Shown piece after piece: positions 8,423 through 16,796 of a stretch of DNA of 64,000 nt. The DNA is from Candidatus Undinarchaeota archaeon (GTDB lineage Archaea; SpSt-1190; JASMDC01): positions 75,130-139,129 of the forward strand of contig CAZFHY010000009.1 in NCBI GenBank assembly GCA_964519305.1, written 5' to 3'. The notes under the pieces are model-generated. The model was not told the origin of the DNA, ran no database searches, and saw nothing but the letters and a program-made list of their open reading frames with translations. A program made the translations under genes and the position numbers. Within the stretch, counting starts at the first letter, position 1. Each line of letters starts with the position of its first letter.

Positions 8423-8833
8423 ATGCCGGGCAAAGGGAGCAAGAAGAAGAGTACTAAGGAGAAGGAGGAGAAGTCCGTGCGAAAGGAGAAGCTCGTCGAG
8501 AAAAAGGAAGAGACGGAGGCCGCTCCCGCCAAGAAAGAGGTCGAGGTAAAGGAAGCTGAGGTCGAGCTTCCGCCCGTCCCTCACCCAAAGAAGCGCAGGC
8601 CGATATCCACCTGGCAGAAGCCGGAGATCCTGGGTCTAGGATTCGGATTGTGCGCGCTTGGACTCGCTATCGTGATCGTGTACTATTCCTATATTATCGA
8701 GAAGGGCGTGGACTGGAGCATTGCCCACTTCGGTACCGAGTTCTACCACTTCTCCGTGCTGGGGATCTTCCTCATGGTCACAGGATCCATGTTCTTAGGA
8801 ATGTACTTCGCGACGCCCAAGGAGTTCATGTAG
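8423..8833 (+). CDS. Hypothetical membrane protein with Lys/Glu-rich N-terminus and 2 TM helices
   Basis: Host-like codon usage, two hydrophobic segments. Confidence 0.7.
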   Translation: MPGKGSKKKSTKEKEEKSVRKEKLVEKKEETEAAPAKKEVEVKEAEVELPPVPHPKKRRPISTWQKPEILGLGFGLCALGLAIVIVYYSYIIEKGVDWSIAHFGTEFYHFSVLGIFLMVTGSMFLGMYFATPKEFM

Positions 8834-8926
8834 ACAGATCCTCACAATTATGAGACATATCTCTCGTCAGCGTGAGCTGCATTTCTATCCGATCAATAAG
8901 TGACGATCGATAGAAGGCAGGTTATT

Positions 8927-8950
8927 GCGGGGGAGCGTAAGCCCCCCCGC
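8927..8950 (-). terminator. GC-rich hairpin directly 3' of tRNA-Lys
   Basis: Minus strand GCGGGGGGGC-TTAC-GCTCCCCCGC, 10-bp stem with one G-U pair. Confidence 0.5.
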
Positions 8951-8951
8951 A

Positions 8952-9083
8952 TGGGCCCGACGGGATTTGAACCCGCGACAAACAGGTGTCTCCATCTCAT
9001 TGCCAAGTGGCTCGAAACACCCGATTTCGGGATGCCGCAGTGGCTTAAGAGCCTGCCGCTCTGCCAGACTGAGCTACGGGCCC
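8952..9083 (-). tRNA. tRNA-Lys(CUU) with 58-nt intron at 37/38 (8988-9045)
   Basis: GGGCCCG acceptor stem, GCTC/GAGC D-stem, GCAGG-CT-CTT-A|intron|A-CCTGT, GGTTCAAATCC T-arm; CTCT/GGAG central helix of a relaxed BHB motif. Confidence 0.93.
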
Positions 9084-9110
9084 GCTGGATTACCTATGCG
9101 GGACCTGGCC

Positions 9111-9296
9111 CTACCAGAGCCGGATCCGGTTGAATTGCTTTCTTTGCCAGTTGTACCTTCGGATTCGCGAGGTGGCGCCATACCCGCAGGCCGAGCAGCG
9201 TTTCTTCACTCGATGGTACGAGTGCCTGCCGCAGCGCCTGCACGGGAGGTGCATCGCCTTCTGGTGCTTACCGAAGGATGGTGTACCTTTGCTCAT
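9111..9296 (-). CDS. rpl37e: 50S ribosomal protein L37e
   Basis: MSKGTPSFGK...CRRCGRHSYH....CSACGYG...RIRRYNW. Confidence 0.97.
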   Translation of the reverse strand: MSKGTPSFGKHQKAMHLPCRRCGRHSYHRVKKRCSACGYGATSRIRRYNWQRKQFNRIRLW

Positions 9297-9526
9297 GCTC
9301 CCACCTCAGGTGATACGATGAGGACATTATCCCCACGGATGAGGACCCGCCCCAGACGTCGTATCTTTTTTCCTTCGTTCTGTTCCTCGGTGTTATCGAG
9401 GACAAGGTTGATGTGAATATCGAACGCCTGCAACTCACCGACGTACGAGGTGCCATTCTTCAGCTCCACGAACACCCGTTTTCCCTTCGCGGCATTGAGT
9501 GCGTCCAAGGGTCGCTGTACGTTCAT
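9293..9526 (-). CDS. Sm-like archaeal protein (Lsm/SmAP1)
   Basis: RPLD.L...G.L..FD.HINLVL...IRGDNV..VSP; conserved linkage to L37e. Confidence 0.95.
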   Translation of the reverse strand: MNVQRPLDALNAAKGKRVFVELKNGTSYVGELQAFDIHINLVLDNTEEQNEGKKIRRLGRVLIRGDNVLIVSPEVGA

Positions 9527-9578
9527 AAATTCACCCTCTATTTCGTCCTCGACACGACCTGCTTTTTTTAAACCTATC

Positions 9579-9959
9579 CTATTGGACGAGCACGGCGTTC
9601 AGGATGCCGTGCTGGCCAGGTCGGCTGGTGACACGCGCCTTACCGGCCTCGGTCTCGATGATGGCGCCCTTCGTGATTATACCGCGTCGCACGTAGTGCG
9701 GGTTCGCGGTGTTCTCTACCACGCTGGTGACCTTGACATGCTTCTGGACCTTCTTCTTGGGATCGAACAGGTTCACGAGCTCGTCAGAGAGGAGCCGGAA
9801 CTTCTGGTTTCCCCCGAGACATTGGATCTTCTTAACGCGGCGGGATCCTATCTTGGTCTCGAGGTGTGCCCGCCCTAGGTCGAATTTGCGATGTTTGCGG
9901 GCTCGCACGATGCGTTTCCCCGTAATTTTCCTTCTTGAGAATCCCTGCCAGACAGCCAT
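9579..9959 (-). CDS. rps8e: 30S ribosomal protein S8e
   Basis: MAVWQG.S.RK.TG...GGN.K...N.AN.HYVRR.IITKGAII.T..G.ARVTSRPGQ.G..NA. Confidence 0.97.
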   Translation of the reverse strand: MAVWQGFSRRKITGKRIVRARKHRKFDLGRAHLETKIGSRRVKKIQCLGGNQKFRLLSDELVNLFDPKKKVQKHVKVTSVVENTANPHYVRRGIITKGAIIETEAGKARVTSRPGQHGILNAVLVQ

Positions 9960-10082
9960 TTGTGATGCCTCTGTTCTGCTACTCCAATAGAAGATGCTAA
10001 AAACCTTTCGACTTCCGGGCCGGCTTATTAAATATTTTGCGAACGATTTATAAACCATGAAAGCACCGTTCCCCCTAAGAAC

Positions 10083-11042
10083 ATGGCCGAAGAGGGCAAA
10101 CTCCGGAAGCAGGAGATAACCGAGTGCCCCGAGTGCGGGAGCAGGGACCTCTACCGCGACGAGGACCGTGGCGAAGTCGTCTGCGCCGGTTGCGGGCTGG
10201 TCATCGAGGAGTCCATGGTGGACACCTCACAAGAATGGCGCGAGTTCGACCATGAGCAAGCCTCCAAGCGCCGACGTACTGGAGCTCCACTATCGGCCGC
10301 ACGACACGACCGCGGGCTCACGACAGACATCGGTAAAGGCATCAGCGAGATCTACTCCGCTCTCCCAGCCGGCAAGCGTGCCCAGTACATGCGTCTGCGC
10401 AAGTGGCAGAGCCGCATGGTCAGCGCCACGGAGCGCAACCTCCGCTTCGCTTTATCGGAACTGAAGCGTTACTCTTCCTATCTCAATCTCCCGACGAACA
10501 TCGAGGAGACCACCGCTATCCTCTACCGTAAGGCCGTGAGCAAGGGTCTGGTGCGGGGAAGGTCCATGGAGAGCGTCATTGCTGGCGCCCTCTATGCCGC
10601 GTGCCGCCGCCATAACACTCCGCGCACTCTCGAAGAGATCGCTGAGGTCTCCAAGGTGAGCAAGCGTGACATCGGCCGTGCCTACAGGTACCTGGCCAGG
10701 GAGCTGGGCCTGCGTATCCTTCCTACCAAACCCGAGGACTATATCCCCCGGTTCGCTTCCGAGCTGGGCCTCTCGGGCGAGGTGCAGGCGACCGCCATAG
10801 AGATCATCAAGCAGGCGGAGGCAAACGAGCTAATCTCGGGCAAGGGTCCCACGGGCATCGCCGCCGCCACCCTCTATCTGGCATCCCAGATCGTCGGGGA
10901 GCGACGCACCCAGCGTCAGGTCGCAGAGGTCGCAGGTGTCACCGAGGTAACGATCCGGAACCGGTGCAAGGACCTTATCGAGCGCCTCACACTCGAGGTA
11001 CCCTCCGGCCGCCGAGGTCGACGGCGACGGAAGCGCGAGTAG
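10083..11042 (+). CDS. tfb: Transcription initiation factor IIB
   Basis: CPECG...C..CGLV Zn ribbon, EWR.F B-reader, ERNL..AL, RGRS.E, G..P.G.AAA.LY, VTEVTIRNR. Confidence 0.97.
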   Translation: MAEEGKLRKQEITECPECGSRDLYRDEDRGEVVCAGCGLVIEESMVDTSQEWREFDHEQASKRRRTGAPLSAARHDRGLTTDIGKGISEIYSALPAGKRAQYMRLRKWQSRMVSATERNLRFALSELKRYSSYLNLPTNIEETTAILYRKAVSKGLVRGRSMESVIAGALYAACRRHNTPRTLEEIAEVSKVSKRDIGRAYRYLARELGLRILPTKPEDYIPRFASELGLSGEVQATAIEIIKQAEANELISGKGPTGIAAATLYLASQIVGERRTQRQVAEVAGVTEVTIRNRCKDLIERLTLEVPSGRRGRRRRKRE

Positions 11043-11099
11043 CCCGTCACGGACAATCGAGAATCCCTTCTTCATGACCGATTTCTGTAGACGTGGTGA

Positions 11100-11121
11100 T
11101 TACTGAATTAAGATTCAGTAA
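11100..11121. terminator. Perfect 9-bp AT-rich inverted repeat between convergent genes
   Basis: TTACTGAAT-TAAG-ATTCAGTAA; terminator or protein-binding site, function not determined. Confidence 0.4.
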
Positions 11122-11153
11122 CGATTTCATTTCCCCTACAAGGGCGCACATCC

Positions 11154-11288
11154 CTACCCGAAGACGTTGTCCCTGTCGAGCTTTACCATGGCCTTGTTGA
11201 TGCGCGACAGCTCATACCAGACATAGAACCCGATAACGAAATAGATCCACTGTGTGTACAGCAGAGCATCGGCCGTTGTGTCGATCAC
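11154..11288 (-). CDS. 44-aa single-TM membrane peptide (not in ORF track)
   Basis: MIDTTADALLYTQWIYFVIGFYVWYELSRINKAMVKLDRDNVFG; GTG start overlaps the upstream stop (GTGA); paralog of 11285-11428. Confidence 0.75.
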   Translation of the reverse strand: MIDTTADALLYTQWIYFVIGFYVWYELSRINKAMVKLDRDNVFG

Positions 11289-11428
11289 TCGTCACCGCCA
11301 TCCTTTCCACTCTTCACTGCGAGCTCTTCGACCGCCTGGCGGAGCCGTCGCACCTCGTAGCATAGAAGGGCACCGAAGATGGCCAGTGGCACCTGACTGA
11401 TTATGACCGATTCCGGTGTCGTTAGCAT
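11285..11428 (-). CDS. 47-aa single-TM membrane peptide (not in ORF track)
   Basis: MLTTPESVIISQVPLAIFGALLCYEVRRLRQAVEELAVKSGKDGGDE; GGAGTGA RBS; 24 nt after the PP-loop gene stop. Confidence 0.75.
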   Translation of the reverse strand: MLTTPESVIISQVPLAIFGALLCYEVRRLRQAVEELAVKSGKDGGDE

Positions 11429-11452
11429 GTTCGTCACTCCGTTGGATTATCC

Positions 11453-12574
11453 TTATACGTCTTTTCCACCGCGGGCACCACCACCTAGACCCACGGCCTG
11501 TTTCGCCCGCAATCCCAGATAGCGGTAGATAGCTCCTGTCAGACGTCGCAGCTGCTTGTTCCAGAGGGATGCTGCCGAGAAGTACACCAGGCCCTCAACG
11601 AACATCGACGACAGCATGGAGAACCGCACTATATCACCAATGGCCCGGTTGGATGCACCGGCCTCATCGTAACGCTGCCGGATGGTCTTGGCGGTCTGCT
11701 CCTCGACCGAGAGTTCGCGACGATGGTCCATACTCTCGAGCACGTCTTCTGGTGGTATCGGCTGCTCACGCACACGCTCGATGAGCGCGTCGAGGTCCTC
11801 TCCCTTCTCCTCGAAGTAGGTACGGATGATCGACCGACCGTATTCGAGGTCCGACTCCAAGTGGCGCACGACCTCCTCATGGATGAGATTGTCCGAGTAG
11901 GGATTGGAGAGGAACACGCCCACGACGTTGGCGAGCACACAGTAGGGCTGACGGTGTATGTGGTAGCCCTTGAGGCCTGGTGCACGGACCCGGTTCCCCA
12001 TATCGATGCCCAGCTCGCCCAGGGCTGCGTCCTCCTTCCCTACTGTATAGAAATAGGATGGATGGATATGTCGGATTCCGAACTCACCGTAGAAGCGCTT
12101 GAGAGTATCGAGAACTCCGGGCATCTGCTCGGGATTATGCACCTCTTCCTGGATGGCCCCATCAGCCGCCAGCGGTATAGCGTTCTCGAGACAGTAGATG
12201 ACCGTCCGCACGTGCATGATGAACTTGCAAGTGATGCAGGCGAAGTGGAGGCAGTCCCAGTGACGTACCTGGTTGTCCATCCACCAGGGAGGGATCGGCA
12301 TGATCGAATGACGTACCTTTCCAGGGAAGGCCTTCTTCAGTGCATCGGACGACTTCTCCGAGAACTTCACGAAGATATCGACGTCCGTCTCGTAGGTGAC
12401 GAGATGGACCTCGTCAAGGAGCCGGGAGAGAATGCCCGAGGCCAGTGACGAGTCGCCGCCACCCGAGAACATCACCGCTGCCCGTAGAGGTGTGCCCTTC
12501 GTCACGTCCCCCGGGTCCGTGTCGGTTGATTTAAAGGTTTGCGCTCCGCCGCTGTCGGCGCGATCATCCTTCAT
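11453..12574 (-). CDS. PP-loop (adenine nucleotide alpha-hydrolase, QueC-like) ATPase with C-terminal extension
   Basis: AVMFSGGGDS, VHLVTY, CITCKFIMH...I.YC.E..I, PEQ, QPYC. Confidence 0.8.
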   Translation of the reverse strand: MKDDRADSGGAQTFKSTDTDPGDVTKGTPLRAAVMFSGGGDSSLASGILSRLLDEVHLVTYETDVDIFVKFSEKSSDALKKAFPGKVRHSIMPIPPWWMDNQVRHWDCLHFACITCKFIMHVRTVIYCLENAIPLAADGAIQEEVHNPEQMPGVLDTLKRFYGEFGIRHIHPSYFYTVGKEDAALGELGIDMGNRVRAPGLKGYHIHRQPYCVLANVVGVFLSNPYSDNLIHEEVVRHLESDLEYGRSIIRTYFEEKGEDLDALIERVREQPIPPEDVLESMDHRRELSVEEQTAKTIRQRYDEAGASNRAIGDIVRFSMLSSMFVEGLVYFSAASLWNKQLRRLTGAIYRYLGLRAKQAVGLGGGARGGKDV

Positions 12575-12586
12575 CTGCGAGCCACC

Positions 12587-12967
12587 TCACGCTATTGAGA
12601 GCTGTCCGATGGCCCCGAGAACGACAAGGACGAGCGCCAGCGTCATCACGACGCCCGATAGCGCGCACAGGGGAGCGAAGTTACGGTAAACGATACCGCC
12701 TACGCCGGGCGAGTGCCTGAGGAGGCGTCCTACGATCCGGCACCTCGCTCGCGGGCTCACGTCGGGTTCGGCAAGGAGTACGGGAGCTGTGTCGGCCAGA
12801 TAGGATAGGTAGAATCGAGCAGGTGCCCTGTACCGCGGGAGCACGAGGGCCGTGAGAACTAGCACGGGAACGAACACGATGTTGAACGCTGTCGTGACCG
12901 CGAGCGCCAAGAGGAAACCCACATACGAAACAGGTTCCCGTCCCTCGTTCCCACCACAGCAAACCAT
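12587..12967 (-). CDS. Membrane protein with N-terminal MVCCGG motif (126 aa)
   Basis: True start at ATG 12967 with GGAG RBS; two hydrophobic segments; paralog of 14148-14468. Confidence 0.75.
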   Translation of the reverse strand: MVCCGGNEGREPVSYVGFLLALAVTTAFNIVFVPVLVLTALVLPRYRAPARFYLSYLADTAPVLLAEPDVSPRARCRIVGRLLRHSPGVGGIVYRNFAPLCALSGVVMTLALVLVVLGAIGQLSIA

Positions 12968-12998
12968 TAAAGGTACTCTCCTGTATCGCTCAATAATA

Positions 12999-13036
12999 CT
13001 TAACGGGGTAAAATATATTAACTTAACGCCGTTAAG
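12999..13036. promoter_or_regulatory. Divergent promoter with two palindromic sites flanking a TATA-like element
   Basis: CTTAACG-C-CGTTAAG (13022-13036) and degenerate CTTAACGGGGTAAAA (12999-13013) around AAATATATTA. Confidence 0.6.
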
Positions 13037-13046
13037 GTAGTGTATT

Positions 13047-13391
13047 ATGAAACCACCATGCGAGATTGTGACAATGCACATTCTCCCCGCTGTCCGGTCA
13101 TCCTTGTCGCGTATGCTGGTCGAGAAGCACGGGATGACGCGCGCTGCCGTCGCCAAGCGACTGGGCGTCACCCAAGCGGCCGTGACCCAGTACTTCAAGG
13201 CGGTGAGGGGCACCCGGAACAAGGAGGTCATCGACGAGAACTTCAGTGACCTCATCGATGATATCGCCACCCGCATCGCGCGGGGTGAGGACGAGCTCGA
13301 GGGCATCTGTGGTCTCTGCAAGACCATCAGGAACGATGAGCGGTTCAAGCGGTACATCGAGCGGGGCAAGTGCGACGTCTGTACGGGATAG
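13047..13391 (+). CDS. HTH transcriptional regulator with Cys-rich C-terminus (COG2522-like)
   Basis: MKPPCE.....LPAVR...A.RLGVTQAAV.QY....RG; CxxC...CxxC tail. Confidence 0.85.
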   Translation: MKPPCEIVTMHILPAVRSSLSRMLVEKHGMTRAAVAKRLGVTQAAVTQYFKAVRGTRNKEVIDENFSDLIDDIATRIARGEDELEGICGLCKTIRNDERFKRYIERGKCDVCTG

Positions 13392-13394
13392 GTC

Positions 13395-14147
13395 ATGCCA
13401 AAGCGTGAAAAAGAGCGAGAGGAACCACCTGACGATCGCGGGGACGATGTTGCCGTCCTGTTCTCAGGGGGAGTCGACTCGACAACGGTCGCCGTGCTGG
13501 CCGCCGAGCGGTTCAAGCGGGTTCATCTCCTCACCTTCAACACAGGCTTCCTCTACAACATGGACCTATCGGGCAAGCACGTGGTCACCCTCAAAGAGCT
13601 CTTCGGTGATGATGCCATACGTCACGAGCTCATCGACATCCGTCGCGTCTGGCGCGCCGTCCAGCGCACGAACATCACCTCGGACCTGCTGCGCTACCGA
13701 TCATGGTTCATCCTGTGCATGGGATGCAAGCTGACCATGCACGCTGCCACCATCCGCTACTGTCGTGAGCACGGGATACACCATGCCTATGGCGGCGAGA
13801 ACGTATGCCAGGACCAGTATCCCGAGCAGAAGCAGGCCATTCTCGACGAACTCCAAGGTCTGTATAAAGAGTACGACATCACCTATGAGTCGCCGGTGTA
13901 CAACTTCACGAATATTGAGGAGGACACCAAGCTCCAGTCCCTCGGGTTCCGGCTCGGACATCACCTCAAGCTCTTCCCTAATACCAAGGGTTCCTATCAC
14001 GGCACCCAGCCTTTCTGTCTCTCCTTCCCGATCTATCCTTTCGCGAACATGTTCCCACCAAAGGACACGCCCGTAGTCGAGTATCTCCAAGAGCACCTTC
14101 CACGGGCACGTGCGTTCATCGAGGACGAGCATAGGGAGGATGACTGA
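13395..14147 (+). CDS. PP-loop (QueC-like) ATPase, paralog of 11453-12574
   Basis: AVLFSGGVDST, VHLLTF, CMGCKLTMH...I.YC.E.GI, PEQ, QPFC. Confidence 0.82.
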   Translation: MPKREKEREEPPDDRGDDVAVLFSGGVDSTTVAVLAAERFKRVHLLTFNTGFLYNMDLSGKHVVTLKELFGDDAIRHELIDIRRVWRAVQRTNITSDLLRYRSWFILCMGCKLTMHAATIRYCREHGIHHAYGGENVCQDQYPEQKQAILDELQGLYKEYDITYESPVYNFTNIEEDTKLQSLGFRLGHHLKLFPNTKGSYHGTQPFCLSFPIYPFANMFPPKDTPVVEYLQEHLPRARAFIEDEHREDD

Positions 14148-14468
14148 ATGCCGTGCTGTGGCGTGTCCCCGGACACTAACACTCCGTTCATGCGGCTCTT
14201 CGTCTTCGTGCTCGGCCTATTCCTCAGCTTCCTAGCGCTCGTGAGGCCCGGGTATAGTAAGCTGGCGAGGAACGCCTATGCTTACGTCTTCAAGGGCACG
14301 GACATGGAGCGGCGGGTGAAATGCAAGCTCACCGGCCAGCTCATGCCCCGATACCCGCGCCTGGCAAGCTATCTCTACAAGACCTTCGAAGTGAACTTCC
14401 TGCGTGTGTCGGTCGTCGGGATGATCGCTCTCGTCTTCCTGGTCCGCCAGGCAATAGTGACGTTCTAG
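14148..14468 (+). CDS. Membrane protein with N-terminal MPCCG motif
   Basis: Starts immediately after the upstream stop; two TM segments; paralog of 12587-12967. Confidence 0.78.
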   Translation: MPCCGVSPDTNTPFMRLFVFVLGLFLSFLALVRPGYSKLARNAYAYVFKGTDMERRVKCKLTGQLMPRYPRLASYLYKTFEVNFLRVSVVGMIALVFLVRQAIVTF

Positions 14469-14472
14469 CGGC

Positions 14473-15507
14473 TCATGCCCCTATGTAGCGGGCATAGAGC
14501 GAGCGTGCCACGCTCGGATCATCGGTCCCTCGTACTAGCGCACGACCATCCTTGAAGACGACAAGCTCGTTCTCGGCCAGCGAGAGTGTGAGCGTGTGCT
14601 CTGTCAGCTGCACCTCGCCAAGGCCCCGGAGACGCTCCGATAGCTCCGGAAGGGAGAGTTCTCCTGATTTGGCCGGTGTCACCTGCACCATCTCTCGACC
14701 GCACATGATAGTGGTCAGACCGGTCCGTCCACCCTCAAGGAACTCGTAACGCCCCTCTCCACAGCATCCGCATCGCGGGTCCCGTGCGACCTCCACTCGC
14801 CGCAGCTCGCGCCGCCAGGCATCGTAGACGACAAGGTCCCTGTCAATGTCCTCCCGGCCCAGGATGAGCTTGAGGGCTTCAGAGGTCTCCAGTGCCCCGA
14901 TCACAAGGGGGAGGGTGTTGAGCACGCCGACGCGATCGCACGTATCCAGCGATCCGGGCGGGGGCAGGGAGGGAAGACAGCACCGGAGGCATGGCGTATC
15001 CCCAGGTACTATCGTCAGGCTCATCCCCAAGGTGGACACGGCACCACCGTACACCCACGGCACACCATGTTTCACGCATGCGTCGTTGAGTAGGAACCTG
15101 CTCTCGAGGTTGTCGGTGCCATCTATGACGACGTCCATTCCGTCAAGGAGGTCCTCAACGGTCTTAGGGCCCACGTCCTTGACAACACCTTCCACGACCA
15201 CATCATGGTTGATGGCCTGGAGGCGCTCGACCGCAGCGATTGCCTTGGGCGAACCTACGTCGCCCTCGTCGAACAGCACCTGACGCTGTAGGTTGCTCAG
15301 TTCCACAAGGTCCCGGTCGACCAGCCTCACATGTCCCACGCCCGCCCGGACGAGAGCGGATGCCACGACCGTGCCCAGGGCCCCGACACCGATGACCAGT
15401 GCCGACCCACCAGCGAGCCGTTCCTGTCCCTCGGTACCGACCTCGGGAAGGATTACCTGCCTTCCATACCTGTCGTCGGAGGGTCTGGGACCATCGGTAG
15501 TCGCCAT
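14473..15507 (-). CDS. ThiF/MoeB/E1-like adenylyltransferase
   Basis: RY.RQ, G.GALG, DRD.VE.SNLQRQ, DGTDN..SR, PCLRC, TC...GV, C..CG. Confidence 0.92.
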   Translation of the reverse strand: MATTDGPRPSDDRYGRQVILPEVGTEGQERLAGGSALVIGVGALGTVVASALVRAGVGHVRLVDRDLVELSNLQRQVLFDEGDVGSPKAIAAVERLQAINHDVVVEGVVKDVGPKTVEDLLDGMDVVIDGTDNLESRFLLNDACVKHGVPWVYGGAVSTLGMSLTIVPGDTPCLRCCLPSLPPPGSLDTCDRVGVLNTLPLVIGALETSEALKLILGREDIDRDLVVYDAWRRELRRVEVARDPRCGCCGEGRYEFLEGGRTGLTTIMCGREMVQVTPAKSGELSLPELSERLRGLGEVQLTEHTLTLSLAENELVVFKDGRALVRGTDDPSVARSLYARYIGA

Positions 15508-15614
15508 GATGGTGATATGATGGAGGAACAGGGATAAAAACATGGCCTTTTGGGCCTTTCCACGCCCAGGCCCAAGCGAAAAGTCCTAAAACCTTCCCCT
15601 CCTGCGACGGGGTG

Positions 15615-16796
15615 ATGGCGCTACCGGGTACCGTGCTCGTGCGATATGGTGAGCTCGCACTGAAGAAGGGCACGATCCGCACAGGTTTCGAGCGGGAGCT
15701 CGTCCGTAATATCCAGCGCCTCCTTGAGCACAAGGGCATTCAAGGAAAGGTCACCCGGGACCGCGGACGCGTGTTCATCGCTACCGACGAGCCACGTGCT
15801 GCTGCCGAGGCGACCGCACGCGTGTTCGGTGTCACATCGTGTTCCGTCGTCGAGACCTGTGGCGTAGAGATGGATGTCATCGTAAACGCCGTCGCGTCCT
15901 TCGCAGCAGAGCACCTCCCCTCTGACACATCGTTCGCCGTCCGGGCCCGCCGCGCAGGCACCCACTCGTTCACCAGCATCGATGTCGGTAAGGCCGTCGG
16001 CCAGGGTATACGCGACGAACGGCCTGACCTCACCGTCGACCTGGATGCACCTGTGAGCGAGGTGTTCGTCGAAGTGCGACAGAAAGAAGCGTACTACTTC
16101 CTCGACCGTGTGGAGGGCACCGGCGGCCTCCCCCTCGCCACCCAGGGCAGGACCGCAGTGCTCATCTCGGGTGGTATCGACTCGCCCGTTGCCGCATGGC
16201 TCATGATGAAGCGCGGTTGTGTCCCCATCTTCATCCACTTCGTGCTCGATCCCTTCTCCGACATGGCCAACCGCGACCGCGCAGTGGACATGTGCCACCG
16301 GCTCAAGTGCTGGGCCATCGGCCGCAAGGTCAAGCTATACCTCGTCCCGCACGGTGAGAACCTAGCCGAGATCGCGCGATCGTGCCCGCACCACCTCCAG
16401 TGCGTCCTGTGTCGCAGGATGATGTACCGTATCGCCGACGTCATCGCAGAACGCGAGCGTGCTCTCTCGCTCACCACAGGGGAGAGCCTCGGACAGGTGG
16501 CATCACAGACCGCTGAGAACCTCTTCGTCGAGGACAGGGTGTCCACACGACCTGTGTTCCGCCCGCTCATCGGCCTGGACAAGCTCGAGATCACGCGTAT
16601 CGGTGAGCGCATCGGTACGTTCGAGGTTTCGGTCAAACCGGCCGGGTGCTGCACGATAACCCCTGACCGCCCCGAGAAGCGGGGGAAGCTCCCTATCGTC
16701 GAGGAGGCGGAGCAGGCGCTGGACATCGACGCCCTTGTGAAGGCTGCCCTGGAGGGCGCCAAGATCGTCGAGGTGGAGGCGAAAGGATGCGAGTGA
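15615..16796 (+). CDS. thiI: tRNA 4-thiouridine synthase ThiI (THUMP + PP-loop, CxxC-type, no rhodanese domain)
   Basis: VRYGEL.LK, G.GGLP..TQG, LISGGIDSPVAA, CVLCRR.M, TGESLGQVASQT, RPLIG.DK. Confidence 0.95.
   Translation: MALPGTVLVRYGELALKKGTIRTGFERELVRNIQRLLEHKGIQGKVTRDRGRVFIATDEPRAAAEATARVFGVTSCSVVETCGVEMDVIVNAVASFAAEHLPSDTSFAVRARRAGTHSFTSIDVGKAVGQGIRDERPDLTVDLDAPVSEVFVEVRQKEAYYFLDRVEGTGGLPLATQGRTAVLISGGIDSPVAAWLMMKRGCVPIFIHFVLDPFSDMANRDRAVDMCHRLKCWAIGRKVKLYLVPHGENLAEIARSCPHHLQCVLCRRMMYRIADVIAERERALSLTTGESLGQVASQTAENLFVEDRVSTRPVFRPLIGLDKLEITRIGERIGTFEVSVKPAGCCTITPDRPEKRGKLPIVEEAEQALDIDALVKAALEGAKIVEVEAKGCE

Noticed and set aside
12587-13516. 309-aa minus-strand ORF spanning the HTH gene
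   Set aside because: The upstream part is antisense shadow; paralogy and the RBS support ATG 12967
11453-14147. Calling the PP-loop genes queC or an anti-phage Qat/CBASS component
   Set aside because: No QueC C-terminal Cys4 Zn motif, and no queDE/tgt, TatD, KAP-NTPase or cyclase neighbours in the window
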